Of a stretch of DNA of 64,000 nucleotides, positions 39,449 through 52,400 are shown in pieces. Below the pieces are notes generated by a model. It made no database searches, was not told the DNA's origin, and was given only the letters and a program-made list of their open reading frames with translations. Origin of the DNA: Felis catus (taxonomy: Eukaryota). The DNA lies in NCBI RefSeq assembly GCF_018350175.1, contig NC_058368.1, positions 230,022,001-230,086,000 on the forward strand, written 5' to 3'. Positions within the stretch are counted from its first letter, which is position 1, and every line of letters begins with the position of its first letter. The position numbers were made by a program, and so were the translations under genes.

Positions 39449-40279
39449 AAAGTAGGTTCTGTTTGAATTTTCATCTAAAAAGCTTGCACTATTTTAAAAA
39501 TAATCAAGACCTAGTTTTTAAAAGTCACCTTGTTTAGCTCTATTTGAGCTAACACTAAATATGATACTTTCTTTCCAACATCAAGTATTATCCTAACAAT
39601 TATAGTCGTCTATTGTTTTAGAATTGAAGAAAGTATTTCCTCGATAAGATAACATCTTATTAATATGGTAACCTCATTACATTGGGGTGCTATCTCTGTT
39701 GTACATAACTTGCCCTAGGTCATCTAATTACAACATGTGGACATGGGGTCCCTTGGCCACACATTTGATAAAAAGTATTTAAAATACTTGGAAGTCACAC
39801 CCAAACTAGAATCAAGTAAGACTCAGAACTGAGTTTTCTGAGGTACTACGATGGCTGGGAATGGGTAGGGGTGGATATAAGCATATAAAATTTAGCGTTA
39901 AAGTCAAGCATCTAGACAGGTTCTTTTTTCTGTAAGTCTTCGGGTTTGTTAGAGTTTCCCATATTTTATATTTCTTTTGAATTACAATCTCATTTCAAAA
40001 ATAAAATAATTTGAATAAACTTATGTTTTTTCAAAGTGTCCATTTCTAAATCAAAACTAGACCCCAGCTTTGAATATGAACTCTAAGCAATCTTGAATCT
40101 ACCTCTTGCCTTTGAATTCACCAAGGAAACAAAGTCTAGATTCAGTCTGAGACTAATTTTATGATTCTGTGGGTTTTTCTTTCTTTTTTTTTTTTCTTTT
40201 TTTGTCAAAATGTTGAGATACAGATCGCTAAGGATCCAGATACAGATTTAGGGTAAAGAAATGAAAGATCCGAAAACTA

Positions 40280-40746
40280 GAATTTGCTAGGCAGGCTAGT
40301 GGGAGGGTCCTTTTGTGATGAAATGTTGCATAAATAATGCCGATGGGGGTCTAAATTCACTGTTGCCATGGAGACCTTTGTGCCTGGCTGAACTCAATTC
40401 TTTTCTCTTTTAAGACTGCTACCACTAGGCTTGTGGTGTCTCTGATGCCTCTTTGCTTTGCTTTCTCTTAAACTGTTGGCGAGTGAAAGAAGAAATTAAA
40501 CTATGATAATTTGGCATCCTGACTTTTGCGAGACTGTTCTTCCACTCCATTCGTGATTTTTGAGCTCCTCTGGGGTTCCTTTTAGCCCTGGCTCGGGGAG
40601 GGAGGAGCAGGTGCAGAAACGGCTGAAACCCCCGAACGCTGCCTGGAAAGAGGGAAAAGTAACCCCTCATCTTTGTGACTAGGCGACTTGTTGGCCTCGG
40701 CTACAGTTTTGAAGTATTTAAGGACCATTTGTTTCCAAAGGTAAAA
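40280..40746 (+). promoter_or_regulatory. Candidate alternative promoter / non-coding first exon
   Basis: RFX X-box-like gttgccatggagac (40362-40375), raised GC and CpG, splice-donor-like AAG|GTAAAA at 40740/40741, TE-poor surroundings. Confidence 0.35.
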
Positions 40747-43309
40747 GAGAAGAAAAAGTGAAAATGGAACGTATTTGTTTTTTAAATGCTTTCATTATTA
40801 ATGTTGTTTGTGTGATGATTTTTAGTTAAAGTTGTAAAACTGCAGGTTGAGAGTTACATGTAGAGAACACAGGTACAATTGATCTCCGGCCTCACAGTTG
40901 TCAGTTTATTCGGAGTATTAATGTTGAAATTGTAAATGCCAAATAACCGAATTAAACAGAACGCAGTTGTAAGGACCCATGTGCCATTTTTCTATCTGTG
41001 AACCATTATAACTGCTTCATGACTGCATTTGGTAAAACTTGATATGTCGTAAATACATCCCTTAGATTTCATGAAAGTTATGATTATCCGTGTAAATGCC
41101 GGTTTAAGTAATTAAAAGTTGGCTTGGAAATTGTGGGCTGTCGATCCCCCCCCCACACACACACACACTTTGGCACACAATTAAATAAAGAGCCTCACTC
41201 AGAAAGAAATTAATCATTGAGAGTAAGGGCATAAAAATCGCACAACCAGTGCCAGTGTGTCAAGTAACTAAAAATTCAATGTATTGGACAGCTAACTTGT
41301 TGCATTGCATTGCCTTTCTCAACAGAGCTTGTTCAGTTCTCAGTGATGAGCTTTGCGTTAGAACTAGAATGCAATAATTGCATGTTTTGATCATTCTAAA
41401 TGGTGTAAACAGGATGCTCAAATCCCATAATTATAGAAAACCTTTACCGTCCAAGTATTTCCAGATTGCTTTCATCCACATAACTCAGTGAGAGAATCAT
41501 TGACCAAAATTTACGGTGACTTCGTAGGTTTCACGTATGTAGCCACCAGAGTTTAGAATATATTTGTATACTCAACAGGTTAAAGAGACAAATCAATTTA
41601 GGAAAGCTGGGGATTTAAGGGTGGGGTGTGGCTGGGGTGACAGTCTGTGAGAATTATATGTTAAATTGCTATATATTTGTGAGATAGGTGCTCGCTGGAG
41701 AATTCTAAGTGAAATACCATGATGACTCAAAGTCTTTAGGTTTTTATCTTTAGTGTTTCCAGCTGGATGGTAATAGCAAAAGAGAAGAACGATTTCCAAC
41801 TTAATTGTGACAATCACAAGATAGAATTTCTACTTGATTAATATTTTTGAAATTTGAGTGACTTTGTAACTCAGATACTGAGGGCGAATAATAACCAAGT
41901 TGATATAAAGAAATTACTTCTTTTTAATCAGGAGCATGTTAGGGCACATGTTTTAGTATGTTAATTGACTAGCGTGGGTATGTTTTATTTTAAAGAAGCT
42001 AACAAAGGAAGGCTTGAATATACTCTGGGGATACCTCTCAGTAAATATTTCATTTCGATTCATTAAAGTTAAAAGTTTATTTGGATCATATGAAAGCTAA
42101 GAAACCTTTTTTCACTTTGGGGGAATGGGTGTAAACCTATTAATGGTTTCAAAGGTATCCACTGGGAACTGCTACTTAAAACTTTGACCTTTGAAAAGAG
42201 TTTTCCATGCATTGACCATTATTTAATAATACAGCCTAAATGTAAACTCAAATGATCAAGCCTAAATATAAAGCTTCACTTCGGGAATGTAGTGTCTAGG
42301 CACTCACACTTTGTGGAACACCAATGTCATGGGTTCAAGTGGCATTAAGTCTTCAAGCTGTAGGGCACAGTATAGGCGTGTGACCCAAATAGTTTTTTAA
42401 ACAAATAACAACTTAACTAACTACATGGTATAATTGCCTATTACCTCACACTGCTGAATATAAATATTGTATATGGGAAGAAAATGTAAACTATTTTTAA
42501 ATTTGTTTTTTTTTTAATCCAGCTATTTAAATGCTGTGAATGCATCAGACAACATACTAAATAGGGTCCTTCAGATTTTGAAGATCCTCAAACGCCAAGT
42601 TGCACAATCTTTCCTGGAGTATTTTACTGTGAAGTTTTATGCAAACAGTTAAGAATAGTTTTAATTGTTAAATATTTATAATTTAATATTATATATATAT
42701 ATATTTTTTTTTTAACCCAGACAATTCCAGATTTGGCCCAAATCATTGATATTATATTGATAGGTTACAACTCATAGCTAATACATTTGACCGAAAGTTG
42801 CCGTTGAAATAGTTTAGGAACAAAGATTTGTGTTTGTATTTCTGTAAGAAGCTTATTAACATGTGAATTCTGATTTAGAGTTCTGTTTTATAGCTCTTTT
42901 GTAATTCTTATCTCTTACAGTACCTTATATTCAGCAAATCGATGTTGAGTTCCTCCCTGGTACTAAACATTGTATGCCATGAACAAAAAGGAAAGAGGAA
43001 GTTCCCAGAGTCCATGAACTAAAAAATCTGGTGCAGATGAAGATATGAGAACTCGTAACTGTAATGCAGTAAAAATTACTGCTGTAATGGAGCCTGGCCA
43101 AGGAGAGCCAGAAACACTGCTGAACTTGATACAGTACATTAAAATATGATTATTTGATCTTCCCAAACCAAAACGAGGAAAGAATCAGTGACGTGCACAA
43201 TATAATTGTTAAAGCATGACTGTGAAGATAGTTTTTAAATAGTAGCCAGAGAAATCCTCTGGAAACGTCAATCCTAACATTTAAAAAGTTTCGACTATTT
43301 TTAGTCTAA

Positions 43310-43840
43310 AATTTTACTATATGCAGAGTCAAAGTCAAAGACCATGCAGTCGCCCAAGCCCCTCAATCGTGTGTCTCCTACCACCCCTGGCTCTCCCACC
43401 TTTCCTAAATTGTAACCTCTTGCCCACTTTGCTCCAGCATAGAACCTCCTTGCCATTTGTAGAACCATCACATGGCCTTGGCACTTGCCATTCTTCTCTG
43501 CTGAAAACAGAAAACAGCAGCCCCCAACCAGAATCCAGCCCAGATATACACGTGCCCCCTTCCCCTCGTGTCTCTCAGGTCTCTGATCAGAGGTCACCTT
43601 ATCGATGAGTCAGGTCTTGATAACCATTGCCTCCCTGTCTTCTTTTCCTGCATTATTTTTCTCCTCCACCTTTACCACAGATGGTACTCGAAGTAACCCA
43701 TTGGTCCATCTTGTTCCACGTCCATTTGTTTCTACCAGAACGTGAACTCCATAAGAACAGGGATTTTTGTCTAACATTTTTACTGATGCATTCCCAGCAC
43801 CTAGACCCTCGCGTGCCTTATTTATTGAACAAATGATGAA
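43310..43840 (+). mobile_element. L2 3' region
   Basis: 'tgaactccataagaacagggatttttgtc...cccagcacctaga...tttattgaacaaatga'. Confidence 0.8.
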
Positions 43841-45569
43841 CTAAATATAAATTTCCTGGCACCAAATATACAGTGTTCTACTTTGGTGTTGTTGTTGTTT
43901 TTCGATTTTTTAAAATAAAGTAGAAATTTTCAAATTTATCACTGGCCACTCATTATTCTAGCATAAATGTGAGAGAAAGTGGTCAAATACCGGCAGGAGA
44001 TTTATGATTGCTTATGCGCCGACACTCAGCCAAGTCACCTGTATCACAGAATAGGGGTTGAGACTTTCCCTCCTAACGCATGGTCAAGGAATCAGATGGA
44101 CTCTTAGTGAGAAGACCAGTGTGTCCTCCCCTCTTCCCAGCCTCTAGTGGTGGAAACTTGACCACTGCCCTCAGCTTCTAAAGTCATCTGTTGCTTCCAT
44201 CATAAACGGTGTGGCTGTTATTGTAATACTCCAGCTGTCTCTAAGGTTCTGTAATTTATCTGCATATTCTCCAAACTATTGCATAAGGAACACACAAAGA
44301 ATTATACATAGTCTCTAAAATCTCACATCATCTCTTTCTTCATATTTCTAATTTTCATTGACAGGAGAAAAAAGATCCAATAGCCTGGATCATTTATGTG
44401 ATCATATTCAGTCAGCGGTTCTGTTAAATAAAGTTCTACTCAAAAATCAAAACCCGTTTTCAGGATCCTAAGAATTACCAATCAGCATTAATTATGTCAA
44501 TAGTGGCATCTCATATAGTGGCCATAACTAATGCTGGCTCATCTGGAAAGCATAATCAGAGTGAGAATATTTTTGTCATTTGTGCACCCAATCACCTGCT
44601 TCTATCACATCAAGTTTTTCCTACATTTGACAAGTTTAATTAAACTTAGCACTGGTGGTTTTAAAAATAAACTTTGCAAGCTCTAAGAATTTAATGAATG
44701 CTGCACTGTGGCTAAATTACATAGTGACCTTCTCCAGTGTATAAATATTTTTCAAGGATGTGAAGGTTACTTCCTCTAGGAATAAAAATGTTGAGCTAGT
44801 CTGTGGCTTCCAAAAGTACTGGCTCATTTTTAAAGAGGAAAGACTGATTTTAGGTGTTGGTCAACTGGTCAACTGTCTCCTTGTTTCGGTATGAGTCTAA
44901 TCAATTGTTAGAACCTTTTTGTTTCCCTTAAGCCTCAGCTGCTGTTTGTGTGGGGAATGTGACATTTGGATACGTATCCAATGAGAGTAATTCCCAATAG
45001 GATTATTTGTTGCATGGCTTTCCCATTATTCACACACACCCTCTTTGTGAATTTCAGCTGCTTCTGGTTAGTTTAAAGCCCTCCTGCTCTTCTGAACCAA
45101 CTTCTGGTAATTTTCATCAGCATTAGTAGAGTTTCTACTATCTTCAGCCTTGAAATGGTAAAGGTGGTTAAATATCGGTGTTAAGGCTGAGGATTAACTG
45201 CACCCACATTATCATGCAGCAGTTCTGCCGGAGATTGGAAACCATAAATACGGAGGTGAAGACGACAAAGACTTACAGAGGGTCACTCTGAGTGAGCTGT
45301 GGGGCTGTGTGTGCCTACATAGGCCCGTGGGTTGTTGGGTCATTTGGTTGTCGGCCCTAGTGCTGCTGTGGACCTGATGTTAGTCTGTGGACTGGGGCAT
45401 ATTCCGGCATATATTTTGCAGATGGGGTGCACAAATATTGGCCAAATGTCATACATTTCCCTTTTAGGGACTTTTCTAATCTCCAGGTATATGGAATTAA
45501 GCAGGAACTTTGCATGCCTTCATTTCAGCATATATGAACCTAGCCCTGCCTTTTATTTGTTACTGTGAA

Positions 45570-45775
45570 TGATAACTAACACACTCGTTGAGCGTATCTA
45601 GTGTTTGCTTATAGCATCTCACTAAATCCTCACAGAGGCCCGTATATGTTAGCTATTGTCCCTGTGCTATAGATGAGAATCATTAAGCAGAGTAATTATT
45701 TCATTATGTGGGATGTCTGAGATTACAGAAAAAAAAAAGTGTGCAAGATTTTGAACCCAAGTCTACTTGATTATG
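45570..45775 (-). mobile_element. MIR
   Basis: 'aatcctcaca...tatagatgagaa...tttgaacccaagtct'. Confidence 0.65.
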
Positions 45776-46014
45776 CACCTCCCTCCCCTTCAGCCTTCCC
45801 ACCAAGGGCACTGCTCAGTTTAACCATCTCACTTAGATTTTGGAGAACCTTTGTAGATCTTTGCCTATTCATAGAAACTCCCCTCCACGCATTGCATAGC
45901 TCTCCCTGTTTTTCTTTACTGGTCACCTACGGCCACATGCTCCAGGCTCTTCTCCCTTGTACTGTGAATTGACCCACTGATCAACATGTTCCTGTTTAGA
46001 ATCCTGCAGGGCCT

Positions 46015-46215
46015 GGGAGCCTTGGTGGCTCAGTCACTTAAGTGTCCGACTTCAGCTCACTTCATGATCTTGTGGTTCAGGAGTTTGAGCGCAGAGCCTG
46101 GAGCCTGCTTCGGATTTCGTGTCTCCCTCTCTTTCTGCCCCTCCCCTGCTAGTACTCTGTTTCTCGGTGTCTCCCTTTCTCTCAAAAATAAAACATTAAA
46201 CAAATTTTTACAAAA
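46015..46215 (+). mobile_element. CAN-SINE with internal deletion
   Basis: Perfect 17-bp TSD agaatcctgcagggcct at 45998-46014 and 46216-46232. Confidence 0.95.
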
Positions 46216-46279
46216 AGAATCCTGCAGGGCCTGGAGCTCAGGGATTGATGATGGGGTGCCGCATCAGACTCCGCTTGAG

Positions 46280-46386
46280 CATGTATTGCAAATACAGCTC
46301 CCTGACTCAGCATCTCAAAGTCTGGGCTGGACATCTGCATTTCTAAGAGGTTCCCTAGGGGATTCCAGGAGCAGTTGAGAACCACC
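46280..46386. mobile_element. MER5A-like hAT DNA transposon remnant
   Basis: 'atctgcatttctaagaggttccctaggggattc...ttgagaaccac'. Confidence 0.6.
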
Positions 46387-48934
46387 TCTCTGCTTTTATG
46401 GATGCAGAAACTGGCTGTGAATGAGGTGGGTGAGAGAACAAGTTTAAGGTTGATTTGAAATTCTTCTGCAGAGAGTTAGGGGTAGCCTGTAGATCGGGGC
46501 AGTCTCATCTGCCACAGTGGAGACTCCTGCAGGTTCAAGGTGAGAAGAGATCGGAGGGCTCAGTGGTATCTGGTTTATCACAGTCTTGTATTTTTCCAGG
46601 CTCTTTATTTCCAGGCTCTCTGCCATGCTGTATTTGTGCATGCACATGTAAGGCAGAGAGAGGGAGATAGGCAGCAGGAGGGGAGAACACGGTAGCCTGA
46701 TCTTGTGGTGGCCTCCCCGTTCCTCAGTCTCCTCCTTTCCTTCTCTCCTCACTGCTCTCACCTGCAGCCATTGTGTGGCTTGGTTCACAGTACGGCCTCG
46801 TGTGTCAATTCAATACATCTGTGATGCGGATATTTCCAAAGCATCTGCTAAGACTGGTTTCAATGAAATGGCGTGGTCTAGGGATTATTACAGCACGATG
46901 TACTGAGCTGCTCTTTGCCAGTCCCTGTTCTAAATCTAGGAGTAGGGAGCTAGCTGCACAGCCATTGCCTTCATGGAGCTGTCTTTCTTGCAGGGACCGG
47001 AAGATAAATCAATGACTATGATTGCTATCACTCTTCCTCCTCTCGAAAGAACAACAGTCTAGGAGTCGAGTCCCTATGATGACCCAGAGGCTGTGCCCAC
47101 CCTAAGGAGTTTATCCCTACAAGTGTATCCCTGTCAGTGCTCTAGGAGCCCTTTCTCTTTCCTCTCGTTTTCAAAAGGAAGCCAGGCCAACTGGCTTATC
47201 ATCCTTTTCTGCAAGTGACAGTGACGATTTGGGGTAACTTTGAGAATCTGTGCTTTTTGTGGAGACAAAATTCTTAGTGTTTTTAACCAGGTATGAAATA
47301 GGCCTTTTAGCTTTGGGGGCGTGGGAAAAAATATGGGCCTAGAGGCCAGAGGCTTAGCTCTATGCGCTAAGAAAACACGGGCATACTCGCGCCTTTCTCT
47401 CCATCGGAATAGTGACATTCTCATCCCTGTGGCACAGGTGCAGCGTGATGTCATGTATAAGCATAACTTCATACGGTAACTTCCTCTTCCATCTGTAGAA
47501 CATTTTACCAGATCTAGATTACAAGTGGATATTCCTGTGCTGTAAGCATTTATTTATTTTGGGGAAATGCGTTATTCATCCTGGAACAATGTGGATGTTC
47601 ACAACTTCTGAAGGCAGAATTCTAAAGGGGCTTCAAGTTAGAAGGTGGCTGTGTCACCCTGAGCGATCGGCCGACGTTCAGAACGTTCACTGCCAATGCT
47701 TCTGCACTGTGCTTGGTGCATTCCCCAGAAAATCGGTCAGCCTAAATACGGCGCCTAAGGCTGTGTAAGGCTGTATTCGGTGACTGTCACCCTCCCATCC
47801 CTTCTTCTTTTCTTCCTCAGTTGTGGCTTTTGGCTTTGAGTTTGTATGTTTACTACTTTATCGGGATATATTTTGAGAAAAAGCGATGGCATGAACTCAG
47901 TTCCAGCTCTGGTATTAATTTTCTTTCATTTCGTGTTCTTTTCCCTCGAATGTCCCCCAAGGGCTTTGAAGCTGCACCATCTACTCACTTAATCCCTCTG
48001 CACCTGAGTTTCCTTACCTGCAAAATTAAAGGCTTCAATTCTGTGATCCCTTCCAAATGAATAGGATTTTATTATTTCTCCTCTAGGGGCTCCCTGGTGC
48101 CGAGTTAGGGGTACAACTTTTAGCTGTGGAGCACAGAAGATTGGCCAAGGTGGGCTCTCAACAGGGTCGCTGGCCTAACCTGTGTGCGTCTCTTACCCTG
48201 GGGTCTCCAGCCCTTACTGTTTTCACTCCTCCGATCCGGAAGTCTTTTGAGCAAGAACATTCATAAAGTGCCCATTGATTTGTACGTGATATAAATGTAC
48301 TACTGTACTAAGATGCATATGTTAGAAAATAAGGTAAAAAGCTCATGTTAAGAGGTGAGAACAGTAATTTAAACCGTAAGTTCACACCTTTCTTCCCCTA
48401 CCCCAGGCGATCGTCTTATGCGCCCTACTTCAGAGGAGTTTCGCCACCACAGAGCTGCACAACTCAACGGGGTCGGGAAGTTAACGGTCACATTCCAATT
48501 CAAAAGCTGCAATATGAGAAATAGGAACATTTGTTAAGCTCAGCCGTCTGTCCTTGTAAGACACCCCCCCCATCTGGCTTATCTCCAGATTTAGGGTCAA
48601 GGATGAAGAAGATCATACAGCCATGAATGTTCCTAATTTGTAAATGAACACGTAGTTACTTCCAGGCATTCTGCAGACGGAGGGACAAGAAGACAATGTT
48701 GGAATCACAGCGCACTGCATCTAGGTACTGGAAAACAATCCAAGGCTTATGTTGATTTTTGTATCCTGATGACATGTACTAGGCATGTCTTTATATATCT
48801 CTTTGGATGGTTGTCTACAGGAAAGGAGATTGGGGTGGAAAAGCATTGAGCTATGTACTTACTTTTCAAAACAAAACTAATCAAACAATTGGCCTAATGT
48901 CTTCAAAGCAAGCTTATAGAATATGCAGGTTTTC

Positions 48935-48975
48935 TTTTTTTTTCTTTTTTTAAAGTTTTTATTCATTTTTTGAGT

Positions 48976-49023
<48 letters not shown>

Positions 49024-49191
49024 GCATGAGCGGGGGATGGTCAGAGAGAGAGGGAAACACAGAATCCAAAGCAGGCTCCAGGCTCTGAGCCGTCAGCACA
49101 GAGCCTGACGCAGGGCTCGAACTCACAAACGATGAGATCATGACCTGAGCTGAAGTCAGACGCTCAACCAACTGAGCCACCCAGGTGCCTC
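48935..49191 (-). mobile_element. CAN-SINE with extra 5' sequence inside its TSD
   Basis: 18-bp TSD tagaatatgcaggttttc at 48917-48934 and 49229-49246. Confidence 0.95.
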
Positions 49192-49273
49192 CCCCCTTTT
49201 GTTTTCTTTTAAATTTTTTAAAACTTTTTAGAATATGCAGGTTTTCAAGGCTAGTAAAATACGCATACATTTT

Positions 49274-49388
49274 GGGGCTCCTGGCTGGCTCAGTCAGTAG
49301 AGCATGTGACTCTTGATCCCAGGGTTGTAAGTTTGAGCCTCACATCGGGTATAGTGGGTGTAGAGATTACTTAAAAATAAAATCTCAA
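49274..49388 (+). mobile_element. Short CAN-SINE variant
   Basis: 'ggggctcctggctggctcagtcagtagagcatgtgactcttgatc...gagattacttaaaaataaaatc'; TSD aaaatacgcatacattt / aaagtatgcatacattt. Confidence 0.92.
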
Positions 49389-49599
49389 AAAAGTATGCAT
49401 ACATTTGGTATAAAATTAGATTTCAAGAAAAATCTAAAATCCCCAAAAAAATATGAGATAAAACAAAAAGTTGAAAATTTGGAATCCATGTCTGTGGGCT
49501 CATAGGGATCAACTATAGAGATATATTGTGTATGGAAGTCTGGTTTTTGGCAGCAGTTTAGAACAAAAGTACTAAAGGTATAGTTGAATTCAAATTTCC

Positions 49600-49995
49600 T
49601 ATAAGGCAACTATTTGACAAAGTTAAGAAAGCTAATGTAATGTTAGGTTCTATTAATGGAAGTTCAATATCAGTGCTATGAGTGATGCTTCTGAAGTACT
49701 TGATAGTTTTCAGATTATATTTGAAATAGTGCATGGAATGTTGGTTATTAAGGGAAAGGGAGATCAACAAACAAAAGAGACCATGTAGAGGTCTGGCCAC
49801 AGTGATGAAAGCCCAAATAAGCAGGGGTAGGACCTCTGAACTGCTCCTGTTTAAATCAGAAGAGAAGGGACGTCTGGGTGGCCCAGTTGGTTAAACGTCT
49901 TACTTTTGAGTTTGACTCAGGTCATGATCTCACGGTTCGTGGGAACCATTCCTGTGTTGGGCTCTGCACTAACAGCGTGGAGCCTGCTTGATATC

Positions 49996-50038
<43 letters not shown>

Positions 50039-50190
50039 CCTCCCCCTCCCCCTCTCTCCCTCTCTCTCCCTCCCTCTCCTTCTCTTCTCTGCCCCTCCCC
50101 TGCTTGCTCTCTTTCTCTCAAAATAAATAAACTTAAAAAAAATAAATAGGAAGAGAAGATGTGGTTTTCAAATAATGGGGTCTATTGTAT
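49600..50190 (+). mobile_element. Ancient CR1/L3 LINE remnant interrupted by a SINE
   Basis: 'aaagctaatgtaatgttaggttctattaatggaagt' matches the CR1/L3 ORF2 C-terminal KAN..LG.I motif. Confidence 0.65.
49868..50143 (+). mobile_element. CAN-SINE
   Basis: TSD aaatcagaagagaag / aaataggaagagaag. Confidence 0.93.
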
Positions 50191-52229
50191 CAATGAAAAC
50201 GTCAGAGTATTGCTTTAGTGAATCAGGAGACAGAACTAGAACAGAGGTCAGAATCAGAAGCAATTATTAGATTTTCATGAGTAGGCATGTTATGCTTTTG
50301 ATGACCTGGGCCGCCTTCAGTGGGTGTGCATCTGACTTTGAACCACCGTCCCCAGTAGTTTCCAGGTAGGAACTGTCTACGAAGCTGACTGTCCAAGACC
50401 GACAGATGATGAACTTCAGTGACCTTGTAGATCCCCTCCACTTATGAAATTCTCTGGGACTTTTCAGACATGACATCTTGATTGATTAGAACTAGTTTGG
50501 GTTTGTAAAGATCTAGAAAACCCATAATTGTACTTGCAGCGCCTGTTTTCCTGTGTGCTAAGGTTTCTGGAGGTAGGAGGAAGAACGTGAACTTGGAAAA
50601 CATCACCCAAGTGATTCATGTACACCCGCTGTCTAAGGTAGAATGAGAATAAAGGAGTTAGATTATTCACATAAGTACTTATTCATCCTATACATAAAAC
50701 TCTATGGAAATACCTAGCTATATATTGAATGCCTGTTCCCTTAATGTAGCAACTGGCTAACTATGGGTTATCCGTTTCCTCATCTATAGAATAGCAATGA
50801 TAGTCTTTATAATAGTGATATTATTATTAACAGCAGTTAATAGTAGTAGTTCCTACATACCGAAAGGGTATTCACTCTACTGTGGGGAGAGAAGGAGGGC
50901 ATGGCTTTTCTAGGGAAAACGGTGGCCTAAGTTAATTATACTAGGAAGGTTCTCCATGCTGAGTTGGGTAGGATATGGTTCAAGTCATTTTTCTCAACTA
51001 AGTACAAGTTCTACAGTATTTATCAAATACACGTGTCTTGCTGATTATTTAATTTCTGACTAGACTATTGCTTTCCCTGCTTGAATAGCAAGGGAAAAGC
51101 GTTTGGTGGAAAATTGGCCTAATATGTGCGAAACAGCTGCTGGAATCCTGGCAGCTTGCTGTCCGGCTCGGCAGCCAGGGAGCTGGTGTTCATTAGCTCT
51201 GCCCTCCCTATCAGGTAAACACTGCAGCTGATGGAAATTACAGTCCCCCGTTTCAGGGGACACAAGGATAATTTGGCTGTTCCTAAAAAGGCATAAACAA
51301 AATATTGGCTAAGCACAGACAGATGTTAAGGTTACACTCTGTACATGAATTCATGTACTTGAATTCACTTTAATGGAGTTGAGCTTATGGTGTAAGATCT
51401 TGCAGCTCATTATAACTAAGTTGTTATGGGCTGCTAATTTGCTAGAAGCTGCTGTATCATGAGCTAGCCCAACTGCCTTGATGGGTCTCCTGGTAGTTAA
51501 TGTGGATTAAATGTGAATCTTTTATTTTTTCCCCTGTGGTCTCCCATAATGATATTAGCTTGTCTACAGTGTGACAAATTCAGTGTACCAGGAGCATCTG
51601 GTACCCTATTCTTTATGACTGAAAATAAGCCTGCAAACTCGATACTGCACGTCCATTAAGACATTTCCCCAAATTGGGGAGAGGTGGAAGGGTGGCGACC
51701 ATAGAAGGGATTTATTGGTCACAGTTCATTTTGCTCCAGTGTATGTAAACTATCTCAACAGTGGTACATTCATCAATGCTGCATTCCTACAAGTTCTCGC
51801 TGCATTCTCAGGATGCAAATATGGATATATTCCTTGTTAGACTGAGCTTAATTTATTCCCAGAAGAGGAATTTCAAAAAGAAAAAAAAATAAAAGGAAAA
51901 GAAACTGAATTTTCACAGCTTGAAGATAGGTTTATATTCATCTTTTGAAGTTGTTTTGAGAATGGATCACCCTGGAACGTTCAAGTCATGAAGCTACTTT
52001 AGTAAGGAGGGTATTTTTTTAATTGAATGCCTAGTCTTGTAAAAAATGAAAAGTAGAATCAGATCCCGTTGTGCCATTTGGATTTAAACAAGTTAATGTA
52101 AGAATGTTCATGTTTTGTTGTCACTACCTAGGCAGTGAAGAAATATAAAATGAAAGACTTGACTTGTCATTTATATATAGCTTGTCTACAGTATGTAAAT
52201 GCATATTGCATACCTTATCAAGAATAGGG

Positions 52230-52400
52230 AAGACCATTGGGCTAGATGTCACTGTGTTATCATCTCTGCTATACCATTAGCTGAGTAATCTTGAATTATT
52301 CACTTAATCTCTTTGATTGCTAGTTCCCTCCTCTCTACATCAAAGAATTATATTTCATATCCTATATTCTTCTCTGGGGCATTTGAAGATAAAATAATTA
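52230..52400 (+). mobile_element. MIR
   Basis: 'tagctgagtaatcttg...tcacttaatctctttg...agttccctcctct'. Confidence 0.6.

Noticed and set aside
14445..51821. Four scattered ATGCAAAT octamer motifs
   Set aside because: About the number expected in 64 kb of AT-rich DNA, and not clustered.
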